64,000 nt of DNA from Nannocystis bainbridge. Lineage in GTDB: Bacteria; Myxococcota_A; Polyangia; Nannocystales; Nannocystaceae. Where the stretch lies: the NCBI RefSeq assembly GCF_028368995.1, contig NZ_JAQNDL010000001.1:2848001-2912000 (forward strand), read 5' to 3'. How positions within the stretch are numbered: the stretch's first letter is position 1; each line of letters starts with the position of its first letter. The position numbers were made by a program, and so were the translations under genes. Of this stretch, positions 19,418 through 29,775 are shown piece by piece. The notes under the pieces were generated by a model. It did no database searches and had not been told where the DNA came from. It worked only from the letters and a program-made list of their open reading frames with translations.

Positions 19418-20305
19418 ATGACCCGACCGGATGATTCTCAGGACCGAGAGATCGAGATCGTGCGCGTGTTCGACGCCCCGCGTGAGCTGGTGTTCGAGAA
19501 CTGGACCCGCGCCGAGAACCTGCGCGAATGGTTCGCGCCTCCGGGCTACACCACCACCGACAGCGAGGTCGACGCGACCCCCGGCGGCGCCTGGCGCGTC
19601 GACTACCGCTCCGACCGTGGCGCGCGGTACAGCGAGCACGGCCGTTTCATCGAGGTCTCGCGGCCCGATCGGCTGTCGTTCACGTTGACACAGGTCAGCG
19701 AGCAGAGCGCGGGTCCCGAGACCACCGTGACCCTCGGGCTCACCGAGCTCGGCGGGACCACGCAGATGCGCTTTCACCAGACCGGCTTCGAATCGGCGGA
19801 GCGGCGCGACGGCAACGCCGAGGGCTGGTCCGGCTGCTTCACCAAGCTCGCGCGTCACCTGGTCGGCCACCTCGGCACCGCGGCCGAGCTGCGCGCGCTG
19901 TTCGAGGCGTGGTGGCGCGCCACCGCGGCCCGCGACCTCGAAGCCTCGATGACCCCGATCGCCCGCGGCGTCGTCTCCTACGAGCACGCGGCCCCGCTGC
20001 AGGTCGTCGGCGCCGACGCGGTGCGCGAGGTGTGCCGGCGCGGCTTCGAGGCGACTGAGGGCGACCTGCGCTGGGACGTGCCGGACCTGCAGATCCACGT
20101 GTCCGGCGACCTCGCCGTCACTTGGGGCCTCGATCGCGTGCAGACCCAGCAGCCGGGCCAACCGCCGGTCGAGAGCTGGTCGCGCGGCACCCGGGTGTTC
20201 AAACGAGTGGGCGGCGCGTGGCAGCTCGTCCATCAACACGTCTCGCTCCCCTACGATCCCGCGACCGCCCAGGCCAGGCTCGACCTGCGCCCCGACGATG
20301 GCTGA
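19418..20305 (+). CDS. SRPBCC (AHSA1) domain fused to a SnoaL/NTF2-like domain
   Basis: RVFDAPRELVFENWT..W (AHSA1); C-terminal RGTRVFKRVGGAWQLVHQHVSLP (SnoaL-like). Confidence 0.85.
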   Translation: MTRPDDSQDREIEIVRVFDAPRELVFENWTRAENLREWFAPPGYTTTDSEVDATPGGAWRVDYRSDRGARYSEHGRFIEVSRPDRLSFTLTQVSEQSAGPETTVTLGLTELGGTTQMRFHQTGFESAERRDGNAEGWSGCFTKLARHLVGHLGTAAELRALFEAWWRATAARDLEASMTPIARGVVSYEHAAPLQVVGADAVREVCRRGFEATEGDLRWDVPDLQIHVSGDLAVTWGLDRVQTQQPGQPPVESWSRGTRVFKRVGGAWQLVHQHVSLPYDPATAQARLDLRPDDG

Positions 20306-20428
20306 CGACGCGTCACGCGGCGGATCACCGCAAGAAATCGCTCTCGGTAATTGCCGGACCGCCCGCGCGCGAGCACCCGACCTTGGTCGGATGTTCGCCG
20401 TCGACGAACTCGGACATATCGACCGAGC

Positions 20429-21022
20429 ATGAGCCAGACTTCGATCCCCGGTTATACCTACGGCACCCCGCAGGTCGCGCCTTCCCCCGTCACCGACGCC
20501 GAGTTCGCGCTGCTCAAGCAGACCGTGCTGCTCGGCGAGGACGACCTCCGCTCCCTGCGCATGGCCGGTGACGTGCTCGGCGAGCAGATCGAAGCGATCC
20601 TCGACGTCTGGTACGGCTTCGTCGGCGCCCACCCGCACCTCGTCCACTACTTCAGCGGCGCCGACGGCCGGCCCGACCCGCAGTACCTCGGCCGCGTGCG
20701 CCTGCGCTTCGGCCAGTGGATCCGGGACACCTGCGCCGCCCAGTACGACCGCGCCTGGCTCGATTACCAGCACGAGATCGGCCTGCGCCACACCGCCGCC
20801 AAGAAGAACCGCACCGACGCGGTGAACTCGGCCGCGCCGCAGATCCACCTCCGCTACCTCATCGCCTTCATCGTCCCGATCACCGCCACCATCAAGCCTT
20901 TCCTGGCCAACAAGGGCCACAGCGCCGCCGACGTCGAGGCGATGCACGCCGCGTGGTTCAAGGCCGTGACGCTGCAAGTCACGCTGTGGAGCGAGCCCTA
21001 CGTCGCCGCCTCGGTGTTCTGA
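20429..21022 (+). CDS. Protoglobin
   Basis: IPGYTYG N-terminus, ILDVWYGFV, RFGQWIRDT, YQHEIGLRH..KKNRTD, IHLRYLIAF, WFKAVTLQV. Confidence 0.92.
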   Translation: MSQTSIPGYTYGTPQVAPSPVTDAEFALLKQTVLLGEDDLRSLRMAGDVLGEQIEAILDVWYGFVGAHPHLVHYFSGADGRPDPQYLGRVRLRFGQWIRDTCAAQYDRAWLDYQHEIGLRHTAAKKNRTDAVNSAAPQIHLRYLIAFIVPITATIKPFLANKGHSAADVEAMHAAWFKAVTLQVTLWSEPYVAASVF

Positions 21023-21204
21023 TCCGCTCGCGCATCGGCGATGCGACACGTAGGATTAGGCCGCGCCGCCTGCTCCCCGACTTTCGGGCGAGTGCGACGA
21101 ACGGTGCATTCGCCCACAGGCCAGGACCATAACGACAGCAGGCGTGTCTGGGTCGATTCGCGACACGAATACGCGGAGCCATTCAGCGCATGGGGGCGAG
21201 CCGC

Positions 21205-22359
21205 TCACTCGCTCTTCGGCGCCAGCCGGAGGATCTTCGCGTTCTCCTTGTCCGTCAGCACATAGACCAGCCCGTCGGGCCCTTGCGCCACATCGCGGAT
21301 GCGCTGGCCCAGGTCGCCCAGCAGGCGCTCTTCGCCGACCACGCGGCCGTCCTCGAGCTCGAGGCGGCTCAGGTGCTCCTCGACCAGCGCCCCCACGAAC
21401 AGGTCGCCTTGCCAGGCCGGGAACGCCGCGCCTGTGTAGAACATCGCCCCGCTCGGCGCGATCGACGGCACCCAGTAGTACTTCGGCTCCACGAATTCGG
21501 GCGCGCTCGACTCGCCGTTGCCGACCGGCGAGCCGTCGTAATCGACCCCGTAGCTGACGCGCGGCCACCCGTAGTTCTTGCCCGCCTCGGGCAGGTTGAC
21601 CTCGTCGCCGCCTTTCGGTCCGTGCTCCACCGTCCACAGCGCGCGGGTCTCCGGGTGGATCGCCGCCGACTGGATGTTGCGGTGGCCGATCGACCAGATC
21701 TCCGGCAGCGCGCCCGGCTCGTCGACGAACGGGTTGTCGTCCGGGACCGAGCCGTCGCCGCGGATCCGGACCACCTTCCCGAGGTGATTGTCGAGCGTCT
21801 GGGCCTGCTCGCGGGTCTCGTCGGTGAAGCGCTCGCCGAGGCCGACGAACAGCGCCCCGTCGTCCGCCACCGCGATCCGCGAGCCGAAGTGCTTGCCGTT
21901 GGCGAACGTCGGCAGCTGGCGGAAGATCACCGACACATCCTCGAGCCGCGGCGTCCCCTCGAGCACGAGCGTCGCCGCGGCCACGCTGGTGCCCGACCCG
22001 CCCTCGCGCGGCTCCGCGAAGCTCAGGTAGATCCGGCTCGAATTCGCGAAGTCGTGGGCCAGCGCCACGTCGAGCAGCCCGCCCTGGTCCTGGGCGTACA
22101 CCTCCGGCACGTTCGCCAGCGGCTCCGACAGCGCCCCGTCGAGCCCGACGATCCGCAATCGACCTGGCCTTTCGGTCAGCAGGATGCGCCCGTCCGGCAG
22201 GAACTCGAGCGCCCACGGACGGTCGAGGCCGACCGCGAATTCCTCGACGCGGAACTCCGCGGTCTCGGCCGGCGTCGGCGCGTCGGTGAGGTCGCTTTGC
22301 GTGGCGTTGCAGGCGACGAGCAGCGTGAGGACGGCGAGCGAGCGGCGCGTGAGAGACAT
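21205..22359 (-). CDS. PQQ-dependent sugar dehydrogenase (YliI/GSDH family) lipoprotein
   Basis: GLDRPWALEFLPDGRILLTERPG, QGGLLDV, HFGSRI, GHRNIQ, EHGPKGGDEVN, NYGWP, RIRDV. Confidence 0.93.
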   Translation of the reverse strand: MSLTRRSLAVLTLLVACNATQSDLTDAPTPAETAEFRVEEFAVGLDRPWALEFLPDGRILLTERPGRLRIVGLDGALSEPLANVPEVYAQDQGGLLDVALAHDFANSSRIYLSFAEPREGGSGTSVAAATLVLEGTPRLEDVSVIFRQLPTFANGKHFGSRIAVADDGALFVGLGERFTDETREQAQTLDNHLGKVVRIRGDGSVPDDNPFVDEPGALPEIWSIGHRNIQSAAIHPETRALWTVEHGPKGGDEVNLPEAGKNYGWPRVSYGVDYDGSPVGNGESSAPEFVEPKYYWVPSIAPSGAMFYTGAAFPAWQGDLFVGALVEEHLSRLELEDGRVVGEERLLGDLGQRIRDVAQGPDGLVYVLTDKENAKILRLAPKSE

Positions 22360-22674
22360 CGGCAAAGCGAGCATTGGAGATGCCGCCCGACCGGCAAGCG
22401 CGAGCCCCTCGTACGGGGGCAGGCCCGGTTCCTCGCGCTCGCCGCGGGGCTCGCGTGCGGCCGCGGTGCACGCGCTGCGGTCGCCCGGGCCCCGCGCGCA
22501 CGCGAGAGCCGGACTCTCGCAGCCGAGATCCCCCGTCCCGGCCTGAGCCCCTGCTCGACGGCGACGTCTCGGCCCCCGCGCCCGCGTCTGCCCCCGAACA
22601 CCCCCCAGCGCCGCGCGAACGGCCCCTTTGACGCTCCCCGGTCTGCGTCGGACGAGCGCCTGCGGGCGCACGCA

Positions 22675-22698
22675 CGACCTGTCCTTCGGGACATCCTC
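22675..22698. repeat. 14-bp-period decamer array (2 units)
   Basis: cgacctgtcc-ttcg-ggacatcctc. Confidence 0.6.
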
Positions 22699-22791
22699 CC
22701 CCGTGCGCGCGGTCGGCTTCGCGCTCGCGCTCGACTTCAAGCGCGCGCCTCACGTTGACCTCGCTCGCGCTCCGCCCTACCGTCGATCGTC

Positions 22792-23964
22792 GTGACGCGC
22801 GCATTTCGGCCCTTGAACTTGGTTCTGTGCGTCTTCGGGGCGACCGCCTGTGCCAGCGGCGAGGACCCCCAGAGCACCGGCTTCACCAGCGCCCAGGTGT
22901 CGGGTTCGATGTCGATGGCCTCGTCGATGCCTGCGACTGACGGCATGGGCTCGACCTCCAGCCCGTCCAGCGGCAGCGAGGTCACCGGCGAACCCGTCAC
23001 TACCACCGACGCCACCACCGACGCCGACACCGACGAGCCCGTCACCGGCACCACCGGCACCACCGAGGCCACGGCCAGCGCCGGCACCGGCGGCTGTCCC
23101 GACGGCAGCCTGTTCTGCCCCTGCAACGACGACGCCACCTGCGACCCCGGCCTCGCCTGCGAGGACGACCTGTGCGTCCCGGAGTCCGAGGCCGTGTGCG
23201 GCGACGGCATGCTGGCCGGCATGGAGGAGTGCGACAACGGGGCGGAGAACGCCGACACCGCCACTTGCAAGGCGAACTGCACCCTGCAGAAGTGCGGCGA
23301 CGGCTCGCTCGGCCCCGGCGAGGCGTGCGACGACGGCAACGCCGTCGACAACGACGCCTGCTCCAACGCCTGCATCGCCGCCACCTGCGGCGACCTCGTG
23401 GTCCAGGTCGGCGAGGCCTGCGACGACGGCAACGCCGACAACACCGACGCCTGCATCAATTGCCAGGCGGCCGTCTGCGGCGACACCTTCATCCACGCCG
23501 GCGTCGAGCAGTGCGACGACGGCAACGCCAACGGCGGCGACGGCTGCAGCGCCTCGTGCCAGGTCGAGGCGCCCCAGTGCGGCGGCAACTTCACCACCGG
23601 CTGGTGCCCGCAGAACGGCACCAACCAGCAGTTCACCCGCTGCGAGAGCGTGTCGAACGGCAACAAGACCTGCAACAACCCGTTCATCAAGTACGGCACC
23701 GTCGAGAACGGCGTGCCCGCGCAGCACGGCGGCAACGACTTCAACGCCTGGTGCGTCCAGCTCGGCTTCTCCGGCTGGAGCGGCCAGGTCGGCTACGGCA
23801 GCCGCCCGTGCGACCCGCCGCAAGGCCGGCTGTTCGGCTGCACCGGCTACGACGAGGTCGCGTGGCACTGGTGCGACTGGCAGGACGGCAACTGGCTCAA
23901 CGGGGCGCTGAACTACCACCAGTGCAACGACGGCACCCAGATCTCCTCGATCACCTGCCAGTGA
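22792..23964 (+). CDS. Myxobacterial cysteine-rich repeat lipoprotein
   Basis: Four CGDG..E.CDDGN..D.C repeats, lipobox ATAC and a Cys-rich C-terminal domain. Confidence 0.9.
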   Translation: MTRAFRPLNLVLCVFGATACASGEDPQSTGFTSAQVSGSMSMASSMPATDGMGSTSSPSSGSEVTGEPVTTTDATTDADTDEPVTGTTGTTEATASAGTGGCPDGSLFCPCNDDATCDPGLACEDDLCVPESEAVCGDGMLAGMEECDNGAENADTATCKANCTLQKCGDGSLGPGEACDDGNAVDNDACSNACIAATCGDLVVQVGEACDDGNADNTDACINCQAAVCGDTFIHAGVEQCDDGNANGGDGCSASCQVEAPQCGGNFTTGWCPQNGTNQQFTRCESVSNGNKTCNNPFIKYGTVENGVPAQHGGNDFNAWCVQLGFSGWSGQVGYGSRPCDPPQGRLFGCTGYDEVAWHWCDWQDGNWLNGALNYHQCNDGTQISSITCQ

Positions 23965-23966
23965 TT

Positions 23967-24018
23967 CGAAATATCCGCGAGGACATGTCTTTATAGACAT
24001 ATCCTCTCGAACATCCAG
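23967..24018. repeat. 14-bp-period decamer array (4 units)
   Basis: cgaaatatcc-gcga-ggacatgtct-ttat-agacatatcc-tctc-gaacatccag. Confidence 0.8.
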
Positions 24019-24386
24019 ACGATAGCGGGGCTCTACCTCGCCGACATCGCCCCGCTGCGCTCGCTCGCGTGGTTGGTCGGCCACGGCGTCAGTTGTATCC
24101 GTACGATGAACCGCGTCGTGACGGGACGGCCGCGCTCGGACTACACCGGCGGGGCGTGGTCGGCGAGCGTGACGGCGCGGGAGATGTTGGCGGCGAGACG
24201 CTGCTGAGTGTCCTCGTGGTCGGGGTCTGCTTCCAGAAGGCGGGAGCCAGCTCAACCCCAAGCGCGACGCCACGACCCACGGCTCGGTGACCAGGGGCTT
24301 CGCTACCTTGAGGCATCCGCCGCCCTCTTGACATTCATTCTGCCCGTGGGCGACCCTCTGTGCGGGCCCGAGACCAAAGAGAGAAC

Positions 24387-24791
24387 ATGCCACTTTTCTG
24401 CAAGACTCTGATCGTTTCCCTGCTGCTCGCATCCAGCTCGCTGTTCCTGATGCCGGCGTACGGCGCACCCGCCCAGACCCTCGACTCGGCGCTGTCGGTG
24501 CACGAAACCGGCCCGCACGGCCCCGCCCCCCGCGCTTTCGGCGAGGAACGCGTCTCGCCCGCAGTGCTGGACGTCGGGGCGGGCTTGGACCTGGCTGTTG
24601 CCGCGGGCGCAACGCCGGCTTGTGGAAAAAATGAGGAGTACAAAGAATGTGGTTCAGCGTGCCCCCCCACGTGTAAAGCTCTAAATCCGGGGCCATGCAC
24701 TCAGCAATGCGTGAGCGCCTGCTTCTGCAAGTCGGGGTTTGTCCGGAACCAGTCGGGCAAATGTGTACAACCCCAAAAATGCCCCAAATAG
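24387..24791 (+). CDS. Secreted protein with a C-terminal TIL (trypsin inhibitor-like, 10-Cys) domain
   Basis: Signal peptide followed by CGKNEEYKECGSACPPTCKALNPGPCTQQCVSACFCKSGFVRNQSGKCVQPQKC. Confidence 0.85.
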   Translation: MPLFCKTLIVSLLLASSSLFLMPAYGAPAQTLDSALSVHETGPHGPAPRAFGEERVSPAVLDVGAGLDLAVAAGATPACGKNEEYKECGSACPPTCKALNPGPCTQQCVSACFCKSGFVRNQSGKCVQPQKCPK

Positions 24792-25024
24792 GCGCAGTAG
24801 GTGCAGACAGAGCACACGACACCGGAGGAGTCCCGCTGGCGCGCGGTTCGGGAGCACCTTCATGCCAACGCGGGACCTTCCACGTAGCGCGCGCCACCAA
24901 GGTCTCAAAGCCAGCGAGTGCGCTCACCGGGGCACCCGGCGACCCGCTCCCCGGGTCGGTCCGCTAACCACACCGTACGTAGCCCACCCACGCATTCCAG
25001 ACCGAATCTCAAGAGGAGAGAACA

Positions 25025-25417
25025 ATGGAGTCACGAATCGACGCACAAGCACTCATCGATACCATCATCGCGAAGGCTCAAAAACTCCTTGACGCCCTGG
25101 AGCGTCTATCCACGACAGCGGTCGGCGGCGCAGTGCCAGATGTACTCCGACACCTGGAGTCTCACATTTCGGAACTCCTATCTCTCATGAAAGAGGTCAC
25201 CAGCCTCCAAGGCGCCAGTAAACTCCTGGATGAATTAAGAAAAATCGTCCATTGTTTTCAAAACGTGGTTACCCTCGGACTAGCAAACCTCGGCGACCCG
25301 CAAGAACTCAGGCAATCGATAGAAGATACGATCAAAGATATATTAACCACCAACAAGGATCTCCAAGAGGATCTGGAGAACTTATTAAAACATCTAAACA
25401 CAAAACAGCAAGCTTAG
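25025..25417 (+). CDS. AT-rich orphan helical protein
   Basis: AGAGGAG Shine-Dalgarno; 130-aa amphipathic ORF with atypical codon usage. Confidence 0.65.
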   Translation: MESRIDAQALIDTIIAKAQKLLDALERLSTTAVGGAVPDVLRHLESHISELLSLMKEVTSLQGASKLLDELRKIVHCFQNVVTLGLANLGDPQELRQSIEDTIKDILTTNKDLQEDLENLLKHLNTKQQA

Positions 25418-25825
25418 ACCGGAGCGTCCCGGGCTCGAGATGCGGCACGGGTGCCGGCGAATTCGCTCACCGAGGCCCATCGCACCGCTCGTCCAGGCCG
25501 TCGCGCGCGAACAGCGAGCCCAGCCTCCAAGAGGCCTGGTAGCGCCTCGAGGCCGAACTGATCACGACGCGGTTCGTCGCGCGCTCACGTCAGTTTGGCG
25601 CTGCTGCGCGGCCCGGCCTGGCTGTGAGCCTCGGCCTCGCCGACCCTCATGCCCCCGCGAGCGCGACCACGAGGACGCACTCGCCCACCAGGGCGCGTGA
25701 CGACCTGCTCACCTCGCCGTGACGCGGCGCCGCTGCGCTGTGACCGACATGTCACCGCATTCTTCACGCGAGATCCTTATGATGCTCGCCGCGCCGGCCT
25801 GTCCGGCCCGGTGGTCGATTCTCTC

Positions 25826-27523
25826 ATGCATCATCCTCGCTGCATTCACTCTGTCCTCTCGTTCGTCGCCAGCGGCGCGCTCGCGTTCATGCTCACCGGC
25901 TGCGAGGACGGCGACGACGACGCCGTGCTCGCCCGCGCCGGCGGCCCGGTGAGCGTCAGCTTTCAGGACGGCCAGGCCCCGACCAGCAGCTACGCCGGCA
26001 CCCGCGACACGATGCTCGACGGCGACTCGCCGAGCGCCACGCACGGCACCGACACCGCGCTTTCGGTCGAGGCCGACACCGAGCTCGTCGCCCTGCTGTC
26101 GTGGGATCTGAGCGCCGCGATCCCGACCACCGCCGTCGTCGAGTCCGTCACCATCACGCTCGAGATCTCCGACAAGAGCCCGGAGGTCTTCTCGCTGTAC
26201 GAGGCCAGGCGCGCGTGGAACGAGGCGAACGCGACCTGGAAGGTGTGGAACACCGGCAGCAACTGGCAGACTGCGGGCGGCCACGGCGCCGCTGACCGCG
26301 GGAGCGTCGCTCTCGGCTCGTTCTCGGCGGCCGACACCGGCGCCGTCACTTTCTCGCTCAACGCCGCCGGCGTCGCGCTGGTCCAGCAATGGGTCGAGAG
26401 CCCCGCCAGCAACCGCGGCTTCTTCCTCGACGGCGCGGGTACCAGCAATCGCCTCGAGTTCCGAGCCAGCGAGTACGGCACCAGGGCCAAGCGCCCCAGG
26501 CTGACCGTGACCTGGCACGAGGCCGACGCCGGCGACACCGACGGCGCGCTCGACCCGACGCCCGGCAATTACAAGCAGAGCTGCGACGGCTCGTTCGCCG
26601 TCGCCCTCGACGGCACCTACTTCCTCGACGGCAACGACGAGAATCAGGGCCTGCGCGTCTACCGGCGCGGCGCCGACGCCAACGCCGCCAGGACGATCGA
26701 CGTCTCGGCGAGCATCGGGCTGTCGAGCTCCGACGAGGCCGACCTCGAGGACGCGGCGCGGATCGGCGACCGGATCTACGTCGTCAGCTCGCACGGGCGC
26801 AACAAGAGCGGCAAGCTCGAGCGCATGCGCTATCGGTTCTTCGCCTTCGACGTCGCCGGCGCCGCGCCGAACGTGTCGCTCTCGACCGTCGGCTACACCT
26901 CGAAGCTGCTCGACGACATGGTCAAGGCCGCCAACTGGCTGACGCCGAACGCCAGCGTGATCGCCACGCTGGCCGCCGCGACCAACCTGAGCAAGACCAC
27001 CGACGCCGACCTCGCGCCCAAGCTCGGCGGCGCCAACATCGAGGGCCTCGCCTGGCTGCCGACGCCGCAGCGCCCCAAGCAGCTGGTGATCGGCTTCCGC
27101 AACCCGCTGCAGGGCACCGACGCGATCCTCGTCACCCTGCTCGACGCCGACGCCGCGCTGAGCGGCGCCGTCGCCCAGTTCGGCGAGGCGGTCCTGCTCG
27201 ACCTCGGCGGCCTGCGCGTGCGCGGGATGACATGGTCTCCGGCGCACGCGGCGATGCTGATCCTCGCGGGGCCGAAGGACGGCACCGCCGGGCCGTACCG
27301 CCTCTACAAGTGGAGCGGCGTCGCCACCCAGGCGCCGGTGCTGGTCCACGACATCACCTCGTTCCCGACCAACTCGGGGCCCGAGAGCGTCGTCGTCTAT
27401 CCCGGCTCCCACGACGTGCAGATCGTGTTCGACCAGGGCGAGCACCCGATCGACGGCAAGATCTGCAAGGACAATCCGCTCTCGAGCCAATTCTTCAGCG
27501 ACGCCATCGTCCACGTCCCGTAG
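25826..27523 (+). CDS. Lipoprotein with a DNRLRE-like domain and a DUF3616-like beta domain
   Basis: Lipobox LTGC; SFQDG..YAGTRDTML, WNEANATW, RPRLTVTW; DLEDAARIGDRIYVVSSHGRNKSG, NIEGLA, IGFRNPL. Confidence 0.75.
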   Translation: MHHPRCIHSVLSFVASGALAFMLTGCEDGDDDAVLARAGGPVSVSFQDGQAPTSSYAGTRDTMLDGDSPSATHGTDTALSVEADTELVALLSWDLSAAIPTTAVVESVTITLEISDKSPEVFSLYEARRAWNEANATWKVWNTGSNWQTAGGHGAADRGSVALGSFSAADTGAVTFSLNAAGVALVQQWVESPASNRGFFLDGAGTSNRLEFRASEYGTRAKRPRLTVTWHEADAGDTDGALDPTPGNYKQSCDGSFAVALDGTYFLDGNDENQGLRVYRRGADANAARTIDVSASIGLSSSDEADLEDAARIGDRIYVVSSHGRNKSGKLERMRYRFFAFDVAGAAPNVSLSTVGYTSKLLDDMVKAANWLTPNASVIATLAAATNLSKTTDADLAPKLGGANIEGLAWLPTPQRPKQLVIGFRNPLQGTDAILVTLLDADAALSGAVAQFGEAVLLDLGGLRVRGMTWSPAHAAMLILAGPKDGTAGPYRLYKWSGVATQAPVLVHDITSFPTNSGPESVVVYPGSHDVQIVFDQGEHPIDGKICKDNPLSSQFFSDAIVHVP

Positions 27524-27606
27524 CTCGCGGCCGTCCCCGCCCTCGCCCGAGCTCTCGCGGCCCATGTACGCGCTCGCCCCCACGACGTGAGCGGGTCTGC
27601 AGACTG

Positions 27607-27644
27607 GGGCATCGCTCCTACGACATGTCCCTCGAGACAGGTCC
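27607..27644. repeat. 14-bp-period decamer array (3 units)
   Basis: gggcatcgct-ccta-cgacatgtcc-ctcg-agacaggtcc. Confidence 0.75.
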
Positions 27645-28029
27645 AGACCCGCAGCCCGAGAGGCGTCTTGCGTGTCATGATTGCGGCTCTGACAGCGCGA
27701 AGCGCACGTCCGAGCCGGAGCGTCCACCGAGTAACGACCCTGCGAGTTTCGATCACCGGTTTCGCGTCGGCGCCCCGTGAGGTCCTCGCGACGGCCGGCG
27801 AATCTCCGCCCAGGCGGGCCGCCAGGCCCCCCTGCAGCCCCTTTCAGCGCGGACGCGTGCGGCGAACCTCTTGCGCCCGCGGAGCAGCCGGCGTAAGGAC
27901 GATGGTGCCCCTGTGATGGCCGATTTCCGGCCGCCCGGAGCTGCGACGTGTTTCGCTCGCGGCTCTGCGCGTGAGGACGTATCGCTCCTCGCGCGCCGGC
28001 ATCCCCTCGCTGCATTCGAAGGTTCTGTC

Positions 28030-29697
28030 ATGACGATCCGCCCGCTCCGCATCCTGACCAGCCTCGCCCTCCTCGTGCCCGCCTGTTACGGCGACGACCA
28101 GCCCGCCGACAGCGACGCTGATGTCGGCGCCGACTCCACCGCCGGGGACGAGGCCGCCGGCGACGAAGAGGTCCCCGAGATCGATCCGGGCACCCAGGTC
28201 GGCGGGCTCGACGACGAGTTCCGCGACGCTGCCGACGAGTTCGGCGTGCCGATGCCGATCCTCCAGGCCGTCAGCTACGCCGAGACGCAGTGGCAGATGA
28301 TCGTCGGCGAGGCCGAGTTCGAGGGCCAGGAGCCCGCGTTCGGCGTCATGGCCCTGCGTGGCGAGCACCTCGGCCTCGGCGCCGGGCTCATCGACGCCAG
28401 CCTCGACGAGGTCAAGACCGACCGCCGCAGCAACATCCGTGCCGCCGCCGCGGTCCTGCGCAGCTACGCCGACGACCTCGAGATCGACCGCGACGACCTC
28501 GGCGCGTGGGCCCCGGCGATCGCTTCGATGAGCGACATCGCCGTCGAGGACGCGCTCATCAATTACATCCACCACGACGTCTACGGCGCGATCCAGGGCG
28601 GCATCACCGTGCTCGACCTCGCCGGCGCGCCCGCGGCCCAGCTGAGCCCCGAGGCCAGCGTCACCCCCGATTTCGCCAGCCCGAGCGACCCGACGCTCGC
28701 GGCCGGCCCCGACTACAGCGGCTCGATCTGGCGCCCCTCGCCCAACTACAGCGCTCGCCCCTCGGGCACCGTCGGCAAGGTGAAGATGGTCATCATCCAC
28801 ACCTGCGAGGGCAACTACTCCGGCTGTTGGGGCTGGCTGGCCAACTCGCAGTCGGGCGTCAGCGCCCACTACGTGGTCAAGGAGGACGGCTCGGAGATCT
28901 CCCAGCTCGTCCGGGAGTCGAACAAGGCCTGGCACATCGGCGCGACTTACGACTGCGACCTCAACGGCAAGCAGGAGTGCGCGCTCGAGGGCTACAACTG
29001 CAACAACTTCACGGTCGGCATCGAGCACGCCGGCTTCGCCAGCCAGAAGACCTGGAACGCGAACCTGATCAACCAGTCGGCCAAGCTGACGTGCGACATC
29101 AGCAAGGCCCACGGCGTCATCCGCGACAAGTACCACATCGTCGCGCACGGCAAGCTGCAGCCGGCGACCCGCACCGACCCGGGCGCGAACTGGCCGTGGA
29201 CTTCCTACATCAGCAAGGTCAACGAGTACTGCGGCGCCCAGCCGCCGGCGCCGAACCCCAACCCGGTCCCGTCGGGTGAGATCGTCGTCGACAGCAACGC
29301 CTCGAACAACGACCCGGCCAAGGCCAAGATCACCGTGTCGGCCAACTGGACCTCCACGGCCAGCACCCCCGGCTACTACGGCAGCGGCTACTGGTTCGCC
29401 AACACCGCGCCGATCTCCGACGGCGCCGAGTTCTCGTTCTACCTCGCCGCCGACGCCACCAAGACGATCGACGCCTGGTGGACCTCCGGCACCAACCGCT
29501 CGACCGCGGCCCCGTTCGTGGTGTTCGACAGCGCCGGCACCAAGGTCGGCACCGTCAACGCCAACCAGCAGGTCAACGGCAAGAAGTGGAACCAGCTCGG
29601 CGCGTTCAAGTTCAAGAAGGGCTGGAACAAGGTCGTCGTGTCCCGCTGGGCCGCCGAGGGCTTCGTCGTGATCGCCGACGCCATCCGCGTCCGCTGA
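28030..29697 (+). CDS. N-acetylmuramoyl-L-alanine amidase (Amidase_2) lipoprotein with extra N- and C-terminal domains
   Basis: IIHTCEG, VSAHYVV, AWHIG, VGIEHAG, HG..RTDPG; N-terminal AADEFGVP..AVSYAETQW..NIRAAAAVL; C-terminal IADAIR beta-sandwich. Confidence 0.88.
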   Translation: MTIRPLRILTSLALLVPACYGDDQPADSDADVGADSTAGDEAAGDEEVPEIDPGTQVGGLDDEFRDAADEFGVPMPILQAVSYAETQWQMIVGEAEFEGQEPAFGVMALRGEHLGLGAGLIDASLDEVKTDRRSNIRAAAAVLRSYADDLEIDRDDLGAWAPAIASMSDIAVEDALINYIHHDVYGAIQGGITVLDLAGAPAAQLSPEASVTPDFASPSDPTLAAGPDYSGSIWRPSPNYSARPSGTVGKVKMVIIHTCEGNYSGCWGWLANSQSGVSAHYVVKEDGSEISQLVRESNKAWHIGATYDCDLNGKQECALEGYNCNNFTVGIEHAGFASQKTWNANLINQSAKLTCDISKAHGVIRDKYHIVAHGKLQPATRTDPGANWPWTSYISKVNEYCGAQPPAPNPNPVPSGEIVVDSNASNNDPAKAKITVSANWTSTASTPGYYGSGYWFANTAPISDGAEFSFYLAADATKTIDAWWTSGTNRSTAAPFVVFDSAGTKVGTVNANQQVNGKKWNQLGAFKFKKGWNKVVVSRWAAEGFVVIADAIRVR

Positions 29698-29705
29698 GAT
29701 CCTCG

Positions 29706-29775
29706 AGCCATGTCTCGAAGGCCAGGTGCCCACGCGGGCGCCTGGCCTTTCGTACATGTCGCTCAGGTCATCTTC
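29706..29775. repeat. Degenerate decamer arrays between convergent genes
   Basis: agccatgtct-cgaa-ggccaggtgc; gcgcctggcc-tttc-gtacatgtcg-ctca-ggtcatcttc. Confidence 0.6.
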
